From Laetmonice hystrix (taxonomy: Eukaryota), in contig OZ249436.1 of assembly GCA_965235115.1 (NCBI GenBank), positions 5,148,001 to 5,212,000 on the forward strand: a stretch of 64,000 nucleotides of DNA. Reading direction: 5' to 3'. The notes beneath the pieces are model-generated. The model was not told the origin of the DNA, ran no database searches, and worked only from the letters and a program-made list of their open reading frames with translations. Positions 37,241 through 49,200 of this stretch are shown one piece after another. The stretch's first letter is position 1. The number at the start of each line of letters is the position of its first letter. The translations under genes and the position numbers were made by a program.

Positions 37241-37891
37241 TAATATTTTTTTTTCGATTGTTAGTATCGAACTAATATGCTACACATTGTGATTAACGTA
37301 CAGTATCTGCGATTATCAAGCCGTTATAACAGTAAGTTATGACGTGAAAGCTGCTGGAGCTATCTCATTAATTTATTGACTTTGCTCAACTATATACAAT
37401 TTCACGGATATGACTCTTCGGTGCCGCACATATATAATGACATAGCGGTAATGTTCATTCATCTTCGTCCTATATTTATTATGTAAGCAAATGATGTATC
37501 TGTCTGAAACTTTTCGATCGCAGTCGTTGATAATGCATTGTATTAGCATGATATCTTTATCATCTTGGTCATATTTGTATCACATACAATTAATCATCTT
37601 TGTTACTTCTCTTTATACTATTGTATAAACAGAAAGGTGTATTTAATATTGCACAACATTGAGGTCTTTATACCTTGGCATAATTTTAATATGAACGCAT
37701 ATTTTTACTTGTTCCCGGATACTGTGGTATATTTGACTTAACTTGATTCACAGTTGTTACATTTTAAAGGTGCCTGTATAATTTGGGCATCATAAAGATT
37801 CATTTTTACTGTTACATCGTTACATTTTTGTTCCCTCCCCCCTCCAATCCGTGCCGCACGAAGGCATGATTTTATTGGAAGCTCGTGGCTG

Positions 37892-39020
37892 ATGCCTTAT
37901 AAGGCGGATAGCTCCCCCTGTGAGCGTACGGTGTACGGGAAATCACCCCGGGGACAATCGCCCTGGGGGCAACCACCCGGAAAACAGCCCCGCCCGACAA
38001 CTGCTCTGGAGGCCTTTTACCCCGCCGAAATAATACAGCTGATGGGTTTTATGTGTTCAAACTGTGACGAGTGGAGTACTCGGGAGGTCGTTACGGGTAT
38101 AAGGTGTGCAAGTGGGTCGAGAGAAACGTGAGAAAACACGAGAACAGCCGGGTTTGGTCCAAACGTGTCGTAATCTCGTCACTTGCCACTCCCACAGGAG
38201 TCGGCAACTGTCAACTTCTAATTATTTCATGGTTAGGGCGCTTTTTAGTACCTTAGGGTACCAACCTATTTTACATATGAAAGAATACTTTTCATTTTTT
38301 AGATGTCAAAATTGACAAAAATCTGGTCGATGTGTGAAAGTGTGTTTCCTCATTCTATGTTAAACTAATGCGTTTCGAGGCTATTTTTGCTCATTTACAT
38401 GTCAAGGACATCAGACTTGCACACGGCGGAATTCTTCCACGCCGGTCAGATTACGCTAATCCTCCCTGCAGCCAAGCACATTTCATGACCAGAATACATG
38501 GCTCACAAACAATACGCCGGCAGTGTGCGCTTATCCTGCCGTGCAGCAAACAGGACCAAGTTCCATAATATTTGGCAGTCTATAAGCAAATCGATGTTTT
38601 CTACCAATCTGCACATGTTGTTTGATATTTATGGGGACTATGATTTATTTGGACTGATTTTCTATTTGACTGTCCCATTTTTTGATAATAATTATTTAGC
38701 CATCATGCCCAACTTCCTTTGGCTTCAGCCTCAAACCTTTTGAAGTGTTATTTATATTATCGAAGTTGAATAATGAAGAGGAAATGTTATCTCGACATCA
38801 ACCATTAGCGTACCTACGGGATGTCCTCGTTAATTTGCCCTTTCAACTGGTTCCCTCTGCGTGCTACGAAGAACAGGGAACCAGCAGGCTGAAAATAGCG
38901 TACTGGGAGTTATCCCATGGGCCGTTATGGCACCAGAGATGATTACGAAGAAATCAGGGTCTGGGGACGGGCAATAGTCCTCCGGGGCGTTTTTTCTTGG
39001 GGCGATGGTTCCGAAGTCAT
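37892..39020. mobile_element. Non-autonomous DNA element with 8-10-bp flanking direct repeat (Mutator- or hAT-like)
   Basis: Direct repeat tcgtggctga at 37883-37892 and 39020-39029; weak TIR atgcctt/aagtcat; mirrored ggacaatcgccc-type and gggcaatagtcc-type subterminal motifs. Confidence 0.5.
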
Positions 39021-39028
39021 CGTGGCTG

Positions 39029-39171
39029 AATCTGCCATATAGTGTAAAGTTAACTGTAATCTGCCATATAGTGTAAAGTTAACTGTAATCTGCCATATAG
39101 TGTAAAGTTAACTGTAATCTGCCATATAGTGTAAAGTTAACTGTAATCTGCCATATAGTGTAAAGTTAACT
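39029..39171. repeat. 29-bp tandem repeat, 5 copies
   Basis: aatctgccatatagtgtaaagttaactgt at 39029, 39058, 39087, 39116, 39145. Confidence 0.95.
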
Positions 39172-39414
39172 TGTTTAACCCGTAAGACAAGCGGAACACA
39201 GATTCTACATTATGTCTCACTGGCCATGGCATATTTCGAGCAAGGAAAATGGTCGGGGGGGGGGGGGGGGGAAGAAAACACTTTAATGAATCTTGTCCTT
39301 TTTTGCAGGCCTTCTTTTTGGCCAATAAAATGTGTAACATGTTTTTACAGTTATAGGCCTACTCTTATTATTAGGCCTAAAACTATGTCCTATATTCTCG
39401 GACGAAATAATATT

Positions 39415-39905
39415 GTGTAAATTGGCGAAAATACTGTTTGTATATAGTCTGGTAATTATGTTCCTCAGCACTGCCTACTTGCCTAATTGGATTTCGTGAC
39501 TATTTTTAAAAAAATATTTAAAATTTGGAATGACGCGCGTCTTTTTCTAGACCTGCAGCCCCCCTACGCGATAGAGTTTTGGCCGGGCGACTTTACACCC
39601 TTTTCACAGAACGCGAGTCTATAGCCGCAATCACGTGATCATCTCACCCGTTGCAACGCTATGCCTGCAGGTCAGACATTCCCGATGAAGGAAGGCAGCG
39701 TTGGTTTTGATTGTTCTCGACACGAAATGTGAAATGTGAAGGTGCATTCCGCTGCTGTCTGTTTACAATACATAATGTATATTAAACCTATAGGAAGTAG
39801 GCCTACCTATCCTCGGGACAGAAGGTGCATAGATTTTGACGAGGTAAGCGTGAAACCAGGCCGAACTGGCTTCCCGGAACGCTCAACCAGGGTGCCATGA
39901 TTCCT
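39415..39905 (-). mobile_element. Kolobok-like non-autonomous element, truncated, inverted relative of 40563-40994
   Basis: Ends gccatgattcct|TTAA; 39419-39552 aligns by eye to the reverse complement of about 40797-40938. Confidence 0.55.
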
Positions 39906-40562
39906 TTAAATCTGCTCATACTGATGACATAATACCATGGCACTGGCACGATACGTAAAACAGCTATGGCAAGAACCAACTTCCTCAAAACACCAAATTT
40001 TAAAACATTTTTTTGATGGTTCACTAATTGATCAATAAGAGCTGATATGCCTGACGGAAAGCGATGATACATGGTGACCGTTTCACTTAGATCTATAACA
40101 TATCAGTTAGGGCGAACATTTTTGTATACCATCTCCAGGCACTTTTATTCTTCAAAAGTTCAAAATAGAAGTGATTACACTGGCATACCACAGCCCTACC
40201 CGTTTAGAATATGCCAATCAAAATGCTAAATTGTAACTCGCATAGAAATAACAAAGCAATTTTGTTTCTGTATAAGTCTAGTATACTGTTTTAATGTTTC
40301 TCGATGTGACGTCACTACATCCTGAGACATTGTTCGGTGGTTACAAAGAGACCATCAGCCTTCTTCTTCACCAATAAAACAGTTTTTCTCATTTTATTGC
40401 TGAGGTGCACAATTACGGTTACAATTTCTCATTTCCGTTTCTACTAATGTACCCATTTTCACAAATTCAACTTCAGCTGTATAGTCACATAAACACCATT
40501 GGTATTAAAAAACATTATATGCCTGACCTAAGCGAAATGCAGTTCTGCTTATTCAACCTTAA

Positions 40563-40994
40563 AGGAATCATGTCATGCGACCATGCTGCTTCTTTGCGGA
40601 ACCGTAGTGCACACTGCATGCGCACAACGATGTAGTTCCCCGACGAAACCGTTAATTGCTTTTAACATCCTCACGCGAATAGCTATACAGTACATCGCTG
40701 TTTAAGTCATCATAAAAATCTGCCGAGAAAATAACGAGAGTGTTTTGTTTACTCCGGAGAACTCCGGCTAAAAATGTATTTCGAAGGTGGGGGCGAGTCT
40801 AAGAAAAGACGCGCGTCTTTCCAGATTTTCGGGTTTTCAGATATATTTTTTAAATACTTGGGAAATTCAATCAGTCAAGTAGCCAGAGCTATGGAGCATA
40901 ATTATAATACACTATTCAAGCAATGTTCTGGCCAATTTGTCCAGTGTATCTGGCCAATTTGTCCAGTGTATATGAAATTGTTGACATGATCCCT
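40563..40994 (+). mobile_element. Kolobok-like MITE
   Basis: TTAA|AGGAATCATGTCA ... TGACATGATCCCT|TTAA (13-bp TIR with 1 mismatch, TTAA TSD, purine termini). Confidence 0.7.
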
Positions 40995-41998
40995 TTAAAA
41001 ACAAGGTCTATATGAAAAGCAAATTTTGTACCATGCATGATTGTACGAGTCACGGAACCATGCGAAAAATATTTTGCTTTTGTTGTGGAGACAATGCTGC
41101 AGTTTATATGAAATCTATTACGTAATATTTACTGTATGAAAACCATAAATGATCATATTTACATCATGGCTAAGAATGAAAACGGTGATGGGAGGTATAT
41201 ATCCTCAAATGCAGATTTTCAATGTACATGAAGTGAAACACTTATATGGTGTTTATATAATATACATTGTACATGTATATACGTGTATTCAATCACAGTG
41301 AGTCCCACTATCACATCTAGTGCTGATCTTATACACCAACACAATAGGAACACAATTCTAGAGCCCAGTTGATGGAGTATAATAATAGGAAACTAAACAA
41401 AAGGCATTTGCTATTTGTTTCAATACAGATGGGAAGTAAACAGAACAATATGGATTAGGCCTTACATAAACACACGTTATCAAGTGCGTCGCCAGCATGT
41501 TTCGTGTGTGTGTGAGCGGGGGGGGGGGAGGCGTTTAATAGGATTTGAAACTTTTCACCTCGAAAAGAAAGGAACTAAAATAAAACCAAATACACTGTAA
41601 ATCGTTACACATAGGCGGTTGGGGGGGGGGGGGGAGGGTGTGAATGACATGCCCCAAGTTCCAAGATTTGAAATGCGGATCATGCGAGGGCGAAGCCTGG
41701 AGCGGGGGGTCTGGGGCCCTCTCCCAGTTTAAATTTGAAAATTTGAGTGCCAAATACGCGTGTTTTTCTGGCATCGGGGAACAAAATCCAATTTAAAGGG
41801 TAACGCAGCTTTGCTGCGCAGTGCGACCAATCTTCACCATGCACCCATTGACATTTTGCCAAACAACCAGAATGCATATAAAAAGGGAGGACTTTTTCCG
41901 CCTCAGATTCAGTTTTTTTCTATTTGTTATGTTTTTAATGCGTTTAGGTATTATATGTTGTCCCTAGAGCGGACCTCGCGGGATTTTTTTTTTTTTTT

Positions 41999-42029
<31 letters not shown>

Positions 42030-42667
42030 GTCGGCCCCCCGGCTACGCGCCTGCGTTATGGAGATCATATTTTATACTAAACGTTCACACACTTTTCTCT
42101 CTCTCTGCCGATCGATCGATACATCTTCTAGAACAAAACAAAATATAAACTTCTGATAACACCGTGCTTCCTAGATAACGCCGTTGATGCTGAATTCGTT
42201 TTTAACGTTACTTTGACATTTTATGCAGGGTCGTGTGTGTGAGTTGTGGTTAAAATGTTGATATGAACATCTTGCGAGACCACCTTTCAGATACAGGCCC
42301 AGTATCTCCTATTGGTGTCACCTTCTAGTTGCATGAAGTTGAACTATTATAGATGTATATACGTCAAGAGTTCAATGACATTTACTATCCTGAGTAATAT
42401 GCTCGTATACTGATCACCAGATATTTCCGTGACCAAGGTCGTCCTATGGTCACAGTTGCTGCTCACATGGCATATTTTCATGTAATCATATATAAAACTG
42501 ACAAGAGTATATCAATACATATAATATCGTTTATACTCTATAAAAATAAATGGTAGAAATATATAAATCCGTATATTGCTATTCCAAATAACCTGTAATT
42601 GGATACACATTGTATTGACAGAGAGATAATGTCAGATTCCCGTGAATTGGCTGCTCGCCACGCTGAT

Positions 42668-45600
42668 TTAGAAGTTTTCAAAGTGATGGACGAACAGACT
42701 GCCATGAGATAACTTGTTGACAAAGGCACATGCCTGGTCCACACCGGATGTCAAGGGCGGCGGTCCACAGCTGAAGACGCCGAAAACGTTCACCTGTAAA
42801 CATACAAACAACCTCCGTCAATACAGGCAGCAAGTAAACGATAGGACTTACTCAAACTGATTGCTGCTACAAACAAACAACCTCCGTCAATACAGGCAGC
42901 AAGTAAACGATAGGCCTTACTCAAACAAACTCCGTCAATACAGGCAGCAAGTAAACGATAGGCCTTACTCAAACTGATTGCTGCTACATACAAACAACCT
43001 ACGTCAATACAGGCAGCAAGTAAACGATAGGACTTACTCAAACTGATTGCTGCTACATACAAACAACCTACGTCAATACAGGCAGCAAGTAAACGATAGG
43101 ACTTACTCAAACTGATTGCTGCTACATACAAACAACCTACGTCAATACAGGCAGCAAGTAAACGATAGGACTTACTCAAACTGATTGCTGCTACATACCA
43201 ACAACCTCCCTCAATACAGGCAGCAAGTAAACGATAGGCCTTACTCAAACAAACTCCGTCAATACAGGCAGCAAGTAAACGATAGGCCTTACTCAAACTG
43301 ATTGCTGCTACATACAAACAACCTACGTCAATACAGGCAGCAAGTAAACGATAGGACTTACTCAAACTGATTGCTGCTACATACCAACAACCTCCGTCAA
43401 TACAGGCGGCAAGTAAACGATAGGCCTTACTCTGAGCAAAGCTGAGCTGAGCAGCTTTTTTTCGTTTTTTTGTGTGTTTTCCCCGTGAGGCGCGTGCTCT
43501 CGGAAAATACACGAAAACAGTGAGCATGAGCTGCTCACCCTTGCTCAGCTCAGCTCAGCTCAGCCTTGCTCAGAGTGGAAAAGTAAACAAAAGACCGGGC
43601 CCAGGTTCCGAGGTATACGAGCATAAGCTTGTTCGGAACGTTTTGACACATTCTGGGAAGATATCAGTTATATTTTCCGGATTAAACCAAATTATTACTG
43701 GTCTTACGGCGAGAACATCAGACCAAAACAAAAACGAATTCTACCAGACTGACCACTTCATGGGTACGCCTATATTTAGCAGACAAGGATGGCTTATATG
43801 CTTCACATATCATAAATTAGACCGTGAAGCAGGCAAATCTTATTGACAATCGCGTGCTCACCTTCGAGTGTTCCTGGATAAGGGATTCGAAGAACCCTTG
43901 GAAGTCGGGCCGACCAAAGTGGGTGATTGAGCGAAGACCGGTGAACAGGCTCCGGTTAGAGATCTTCTGGAAGTGCCGCTCACAAATATACTACAACAGA
44001 AACACCAACATGGGCTAAATTAAAAATATGCCACTCGTCTCTCTTCGAAACGTTACGGCTGGGCAAGAGGAGGTAAGATATTGTACTGAAGTGGCCATGA
44101 GAGGACGCGGCGGCTGTGAACACCGGGCCTGATCCCCTACTGCGGCCATCGACACCACGATAACACCTAGCTGTACGTTTCTTACCGCCACCCCACATCA
44201 ACCCGCTTGAGTTCTACTGAGGCTATAGCCTATATTATACGTGGATCTATTTAAAAATAAGTTCGTTTATAATTTTCAAAATCCTTTCACATTAGGGTAG
44301 GCCTAACAGGGTAGTTCCGGATGGATTAGTTGTTAAAGCAGTGGACTTCCTTTGCTTAGTCTCTATAGAATACCCGAGCCATGGAAAGTCGCCTGACCAG
44401 CATAGTTGTCCGGATGTCGAACTTCTCGCGGAACTGCGTGATGAAGATGTGGACAGACACGAGATTGTTGGGGTCGTTCTCCTCCAAGTGTCGTATGATG
44501 TCTGTCATCCACTCGAACTGTTTCTGTGTGCGTGTCACCCACAGAAAGTACACCTGGAACAGGAACAAAGTTTCATATATCACCCGCCAGATGGAGCCAC
44601 AAGACATCAGCTTATACCACTTACACACAAGGCAGGCTAGGAGACAGCCCATCATGTCTCATTTTCCCACCGATTTTTAATTAAAGGGACGCTATTATCA
44701 TAACAGGAATCCCGAAAAAACTGTATATTATAACCCAAACTACGAATAATTGTATAGGTATCACTTTAAGTACCAATGTCCTAAAATATCGAGTCTAAAA
44801 GTTTTGAAAAGTTGGACCTTTTTAAATGGATAGGTTTTTGATGTGATAGTGTCCTGGGCCCGGCCCTTTCCTAACTACGAGCCTACAAGGAAATGTTAGA
44901 ACTACGGAGAAACCTTCACTATAAAAAACATATGATATATACATATTTCACTCACCTTTTGGCAGACAATGCGTCCTCCCAGCTTGGATCGATGTACCAA
45001 ATCCTTCAGAATGGCGGCGAACGGGGTGACACCGATTCCGCCCCCTATGAGCACAGACACGTCATACTTGTGCCAGTCTTGGTGACCTTCACCGTATGGT
45101 CCATCCAAGTAAATCTAGGGAGTAAATCATGTCAGTCAGGATGTGTCCAAGCGAGAGAGGCATGGGCCATGGCCCCTATAGTTTTCAAAGGGGGGGGGCA
45201 TAGCCCCAATAGTTTCCAGGGGGACATGGCCTCTATAGTTGCCAATGGGGGCGCAAAGTGTTCCTTAATCCCTCTCACCTGGACTTTTACAAGCCGGGGT
45301 AGGTAAACTTTTCATTTCAGCCACTGAACAGAGACGGTCATATTTTGGGAACGTTACAAGGTTAAGTGCCCCAAGGTCCAATTTGATGACCTTCCGTCCT
45401 TGCATTGCTCGCCAAAAGCCTGATTCTCCGCTTCCCATAAATAGTCATCAAAGCTACACAGTGATGCCCTTGGACTGACCTTAGGCAGGGCCTGTTCTCG
45501 CACGGTGCTGGGGTCGTAGGTCCGGCGAAGGTTCATAGTCCATGGGCCGACGGCCCGCACGTGGACACTTAGGTTTTCTTCATGGGGTGCTGACGTTAAC

Positions 45601-46051
45601 GTGAACGGATGGTACTCGCTCGAGTTCTGAACAAGGCTTGCAACCCGCACCCATTGACCAGACTTGTACTCAAAGTTTTGCGGCCGCTTAAACTGAATGT
45701 ACGTCACGTCTATAAAAAAAACAACACACACATACATCTCATCATCGGGGTTTAACGTGTTCTGAGGGAGCATGAGTTTCATACAGGTGCTATAGGGGTT
45801 AAGTAGAGGACAATCACGTTCCAAACAATAATTCTTAAAGGGACCAAGCACAGGTCACCAAAGGAGAATTGAAGCCCAAATCAGTTTGACCTCAAAGTGA
45901 ACGTATAGGTCTGTCTATCCGGTCCGTGGATCTCCGCCATATGGCTTCCGTGACGTGTCAGTACACCGGATATGACATGCAGGATAAATAAATAGATCTA
46001 CCCGTGTGGTGAATACTGGTCCCTCTCCTCTCTATCGCACCTCTCTCTCCC

Positions 46052-46087
<36 letters not shown>

Positions 46088-46190
46088 CCTCCCTCTCCCT
46101 TTCTCACTCCTCAATCCTCTTCTGTCTATCTCTGTCTGTCTCTGTCTCTGTCTCTGTCTCTCTTTCTCTCTCCCTCTCAATCCTCCTCCC

Positions 46191-46226
<36 letters not shown>

Positions 46227-49200
46227 TCCCTCTCTTTCTATCTTCTATATGCGTATCTCCCAATCTTATACACAAACCTGAAGGAAGCAGTTCAGCTCGG
46301 ACCACGGCTATCTCTATCATTTTATCCACAAACCTGAAGGAAGCAGTTCAGCTCGGACCACGGCTATCTCTATCATTTTATCCACAAACCTGAAGGAAGC
46401 AGTTCAGCTCGGACCACGGCTATCTCTATCATTTTATCCACAAACCTGAAGGAAGCAGTTCAGCTCGGACCACGGCTATCTCTATCTTTTTGCGGCTGAT
46501 GCTGACCAGTTTATCGAGCGTGAAGAGGATGACGGGTCCGAGGAAGAAATAGTGGAAGAATGGCGCCTGTACAAGTCTGCCAGCGCCGTGCAGGATCATG
46601 AGGATGAAGAAGATAGGATACATGTTGTGGGTGAACCAGAAGGCTCGGAAGGCTGTCCGGCGGGAGTACTCAATGGCGAAGATATACATGATCCCAGCGA
46701 CTAGGGTAATCAACACTCCGCTGAAGCCTGTAAGCGTCATCCAGCACCAATAATGAAACTTGGGCAACTCGTCTGTCCTGTATAGGAGACATTAAATAAA
46801 AATAGAATAAACCAAGGTTTATAGCTTATGATAGGGAAGATAAAGTAGGTTTGTTGGGGGAAGTATATAGAGGACGTTCATGCCGGGATGTTGGTATCTC
46901 TAACTCAGTCAAGGCGTGACGTGTACTTACGCGTGATAGAAGTTCCTGAAGAGACAAGTTAAGTCATTTGCCGTCTGAGTTGAGATGTGATAGAAGTTGA
47001 ACGAATGTCCAAGGATATGGGAAACTGATCAAAAAGAAATTATACCACATATTTTAATTTTCTTATCCTGAAATACATATACTATTTGAGAAAGTAAAAT
47101 ATGCCTTTATTTTCCAACGCAGTCTCAACTCAATGTAGGCTGATGAAACACCTATTTTGGGGGGCTTAAAACTAGAGTTCCCCGTGAGTAACTTGAAATC
47201 TACTCTCCAACTCACTTGTAAATAAGAATGCGAGGAATGCGATGTATTTATGAAATGCGATGGCTGAGTCGAATGGGATGTAGCGATGTAAGAATGTTTC
47301 CCTGAGAAAGGTGATGGTGTTGCGTGCCATGGTCACCAGGAGACTTGAGTAGGTGAACATCATTGCGCTGGCGGCACCGCGGGTGATGGACACCCCGAAC
47401 CCGGCGATCCGGCGCAGGCCCGCGTGCTCACGCTCCACCGAAAAATCTAACCGATACAAAACCAACATTGACGTCAAGAGAAAGATAGGTGGGTGAAATT
47501 ACATGAACACTACTTATTTATTCTCCTTGAAGGCAGGCTTCTCCTTTGGTCCTGCAATAACTTTTCCAATAGGACTAGGCCGAATCCGTGCTTGATGTTA
47601 CCGATGGCTACATAGATTTTATTTTTTTTTGTACCTAATGTGAGCCTCACCAACACAGCGGAGACGCAAGAGCTATACACGAGGAACGGAGAGAAGCGAC
47701 CAAAACGGAGCAACGGAGCTATAAGCAGGGCTACGGCAGCCCATAAGGACATAGACCTTTAGTGCCATCAAAATATCTATGAAAATCAATGTAGAAAGTT
47801 AAAGTGTCTGTGTCCTCGTGGGCCACCGTAGCCCTGCTTCGCTTCAAGCTTGCTGCTTATAGAGCATTTCTGAAACCGGGGCCAGGACGGATATTAAGGG
47901 GAGCTGCCTGTCTGTCAGATATCCGATATTATTCTGTATGCACAACACTTACAATATGCCCTCTCCATAAATATGCCGAAGACAACGAGAGTATACAAGG
48001 TGATCCAGAAGATCTGCAGCCGGTGGTTCTCCATGTAGTTGACGAAGGCGGTCAGGTTAGACTGTACCCGGCCATGGGGAAGTTCACGGGTTTCAGCCTG
48101 AACGTTAATGTTGGCCTGGGTGAAACGCTTCGTACTCGCCAACTCGTCCCTTTCCGACCTGTAGGCCCGATGGAAAGTCTGGCGGGCGCGGGTCGGGACG
48201 TTTTCTCTAGTCTTTGGTTTCCTTTCCACTGTCGTGTCAGGAATTCCTAAAGAAAACATTTAAACATACAGAATACATCGGTATGCCAACGAAGAAGGTA
48301 TTTTGATGCAGACACAATTATTGCAGCAATGTAAATAAAATTGGTAATGCCAAAAAGATGATACCTTCCCAAGACAGAGAGGCAGAGTTGAATTCTCCCT
48401 TGTAGTCATTCATCAGTCGGCTGAAATCTTCGAAGTACACCTCAGACTTCCGGTCCAGACCAGCACTCTTGAACATAGTGTCTATAAGGTCGTCAATGGT
48501 GTCTTCGGAGATCGTCTCACTGGCCAACTCTAACATGGATCTGGAAACAGTAGTAAATGTTGTTACTTTCTGCGCGGAATGAGAAGAGTTATATAATACC
48601 TTAGATACAATGATTAGTGCTGATGTTTTAAAATCACTGATTCACTTTATCGTATATATAATATTTGACTTTTTCAACCTTTGTATGATTACAACATCCG
48701 TTGTGTTTTTCTAATGAAGCCAGTATGAACTACCTGATCATGGCCTTGAATTCTATAGCAGTCAAATACCCAGTGTGTTCAAGATCATACATGTCGAACA
48801 GGAGCCTGGCTTTCTCCTCCCCTGTACCTGTGGATTAACAGTACACACATGCCAGTATTCTTTGTAACAGGGAGGAAAAATATTCATCTACGTCAAAAAA
48901 TGTATTTGTATTATAAATATGCAATCCAATCAGATTTAGGCCTGCAAGCTCTTTTCTGGAAGACATACATGTATCATGTATCCAATACACAACGACCTCA
49001 AATTTGTGTTAAGATCCATATAAAACTACTATAGTTGTTTTTCCCTTTTCAGACCGATGGCAGAAATGTTATTGTAATGATATACCATCATGTCACGAAG
49101 ATCGACTTTAAATGAGTTCATCCAATACATACCCTTTGAGAAGATAACGATGACGTCAAGGAACTCGCGGAAGGAGAGGTAGCCGTCGGCGTTCTTGTCC

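Noticed and set aside
42790..43527. 245-aa minus-strand ORF
   Set aside because: Translation of the 69/48-bp array; it ends at the acceptor, out of frame with the last Duox exon.
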